From positions 1 through 58,058 of the forward strand of contig CASEZC010000016.1 of assembly GCA_949292385.1 (NCBI GenBank): a DNA stretch of 58,058 bases, written 5' to 3'. Position 1 is the stretch's first letter. Every line of letters starts with the position of its first letter. Of the stretch, positions 56,312 to 58,058 are shown piece by piece. The stretch comes from an uncultured Pseudomonadota bacterium. GTDB taxonomy: Bacteria > Pseudomonadota > Alphaproteobacteria > Rs-D84. A model generated the notes under the pieces. That model was not told the DNA's origin, made no database searches, and worked only from the letters and a program-made list of their open reading frames with translations. Made by a program: the position numbers and the translations under genes.

Positions 56312-57325
56312 ATGAAAAAAAGAAAAATTTCTAAAAATGCTTTTATTCAAACTTGTTGCATATTTTGTGCGCTGGTTTTATTGGTTTTAATTTATTGCTT
56401 TGGTATTTATTCGCCAGTAAAACAAAATTATGTTTTTCAGGTACAACGCGGTACCAGTGTTTCTATGATAGCCAAACAGTTAAAGACGGCTAAGTTAATC
56501 GATTCGGAATCTATGTTTAAAATTGCTGTTCGTGGTAATGGCGGACAGGTTCAAACTGGTAAATATGATATTCCTGCAGGTACAAGCGTTTGGAAAATTG
56601 CACGTATGTTCGCAAAAGGTGATGTCGCGACAACTGTGGTTGTTATTCCAGAAGGTATGACGGTAAGACAAATTAAAGAACTTTTATTACAAATGCCGAA
56701 CCTTACCGGTGGGGTAGAGTGTGGTAATGGCACTGATTTGCCGGTATGTGATTTAGCTGATGGCGATTTGTTTCCCGATACTTATAGAGTTGCAAAGGGG
56801 ACGTCGCGTCTTGCGGTGCTTGATTTAATGCGCAAGAAAATGGAAGAAACTAAATCTAATTGGGAAAAAACGGGCAGCATAATGCCAGCTCCTTTAAAAA
56901 ATTGGAATGAAGTTATTACTTTGGCCTCAATTGTGCAAAAGGAAACACCAAAGGCTTCAGAAATGCCAGTAGTCGCAAGCGTTTATATAAACCGTCTGCG
57001 TAAGAAAATGCGCTTGCAAGCTGATCCGACTGTTGTTTATGTGTTAACGAATAAACTTGGGGATATGCGTGGCGCACCTTTATTAAGAGGACATTTAAAA
57101 ATAGAAAGTCCTTATAACACCTATACTAATTATGGTTTGCCGCCAGCGCCAATCGCAAACGTAGGAATGGATGCTATACGTGCTGTAATACAACCGGCGG
57201 ATACGAATTACTTGTTTTTTGTCGCAGACGGGCAGGGTGGTCATAAATTTGCAAAGTCTTATGAAGAGCATATGAAAAACCATGCTGACTGGCGCGCAAT
57301 AAAAAATTTTAAAAATAAAAATTAA
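56312..57325 (+). CDS. mltG: Endolytic murein transglycosylase MltG (YceG)
   Basis: 337 aa. N-terminal TM. YceG motifs LASIVQKE, DPTVVY and SPYNTYTNYGLPPAPIANVG. Confidence 0.9.
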   Translation: MKKRKISKNAFIQTCCIFCALVLLVLIYCFGIYSPVKQNYVFQVQRGTSVSMIAKQLKTAKLIDSESMFKIAVRGNGGQVQTGKYDIPAGTSVWKIARMFAKGDVATTVVVIPEGMTVRQIKELLLQMPNLTGGVECGNGTDLPVCDLADGDLFPDTYRVAKGTSRLAVLDLMRKKMEETKSNWEKTGSIMPAPLKNWNEVITLASIVQKETPKASEMPVVASVYINRLRKKMRLQADPTVVYVLTNKLGDMRGAPLLRGHLKIESPYNTYTNYGLPPAPIANVGMDAIRAVIQPADTNYLFFVADGQGGHKFAKSYEEHMKNHADWRAIKNFKNKN

Positions 57326-57582
57326 AAATCGTCATTCGTTAAATTTTTTAATAATTAAAAAAATCAATAGGTTTTTATTCTATATAAAAAAAGCTTAGTT
57401 TACTAAGCTTTACAGAATGCTTTTGCGATTTTTATCCGATTCGGCAACTGCTAGAATATAGCACATTTTTAGACTGTTTGCAAAAATCTTTAATCTTGCG
57501 GGGGACTTTGATTGGGGGGTAAAATATTATTAACTAGGCTAAACAGAGGCCGGTTAAAAAACAAAAACCATAAGGATGGAAA

Positions 57583-58058
57583 ATGAAAAAATTAGTTTTA
57601 ACTTCTTTGGCAGCAGTATTTGCGGTATCCGCGGCACAGGCGGCAAATGTTATAAATGATAATCCATTATATCGCCCAGACCAGGGAAATTTTTACAGCA
57701 TGACAGGATTGTCTTCTGATACAAATTCTACAACAACTGTTGGTTTGTCAGAAGAGTTCGGTTATGGTATTACAGATAGATTGGCGGTTGGTATTGCAAT
57801 GACCATGTCCGAAAATAATTGGTTTGACCAATCAGATTGGGGTACATTGGGAATTGGTGTAAATTATCGTTTGCTGGATATGGCTAATTGGAAAGCAGAT
57901 GTTTATGGCAGTTATGGTGTAGGACCTGTTTGGGCATATCGCGCAAGCTTTATGGACAAAGACTTAACTTGGTATAATTGGAATGTCGGCGTTCGTGCTG
58001 GTTATATGACAGAAACATGGACCGTTGCAGGACATGTAGCATTTGATTATGTAAATAC
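57583..58058 (+). CDS. Exported, probably outer-membrane beta-barrel protein (5' part; runs off the window)
   Basis: Not in the ORF track because no stop is reached. ATG at 57583 with AAGGATGGA upstream. Signal peptide LAAVFAVSAAQA-AN. Alternating aromatic/Gly strands (GYGITDRLAVGIAM, WGTLGIGVNYRL, WNVGVRAGYM). Confidence 0.6.
   Translation, partial: MKKLVLTSLAAVFAVSAAQAANVINDNPLYRPDQGNFYSMTGLSSDTNSTTTVGLSEEFGYGITDRLAVGIAMTMSENNWFDQSDWGTLGIGVNYRLLDMANWKADVYGSYGVGPVWAYRASFMDKDLTWYNWNVGVRAGYMTETWTVAGHVAFDYVN

Noticed and set aside
57440-57582. G-rich segment (GCGGGGGACTTTGATTGGGGGG) downstream of a possible extended -10 (TGCTAGAAT at 57449-57457), considered as a tmRNA, riboswitch or sRNA.
   Set aside because: There is no recognisable tRNA-like acceptor or T-arm, no tag reading frame and no known riboswitch core. 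It is most simply the 5' leader of the outer-membrane protein gene starting at 57583.

Overview
58-kb chromosomal segment from a low-GC Gram-negative genome. The housekeeping proteins look alphaproteobacterial: a 659-aa ParE with MYIGGTD, TolB, Pal, FtsEX, and dnaA unlinked to dnaN. The exact lineage cannot be determined from the sequence alone. Most of the window is core metabolism and information processing: gatCA, ruvX, sufBC, rpsT, plsY, dprA, dnaA, parE, dnaJ, pgsA, uvrC, a pseudouridine synthase, cdaA, dnaN, ppa, efp, fba, tolB, plsC, ftsEX, pal, rbfA, lepA, acpP-fabF, an acyl-CoA ligase, mltG, tRNA-Pro and a truncated tRNA-Phe. Several accessory islets sit between these genes. (1) The most striking is a 7.5-kb block of four tandem paralogous genes (38.8-46.4 kb). 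They encode signal-peptide-bearing proteins with phage-tail-fibre-like and collagen-like repeats, share near-identical DNA tracts, and have no phage genes nearby. (2) Four tandem AT-rich genes encode ~130-aa Cys-containing paralogues, followed by an intact-length P4-type integrase homologue that has lost its catalytic residues (49.8-52.6 kb). (3) An isolated TcpQ-like protein and PilN/TcpC-type lipoprotein secretin form a pair (7.2-9.8 kb). (4) An islet carries a lipoprotein, a VirB2/TrbC-like pilin, and a BrnA-like RHH gene coupled to a DinD-family gene behind a palindrome-overlapped promoter (30.1-32.2 kb). (5) Two Cys-containing exported type-I membrane proteins flank dprA-dnaA. No CRISPR array, rRNA, transposase or recognisable defence enzyme was seen. 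All functional calls rest on motif recognition by eye, not on database searches.
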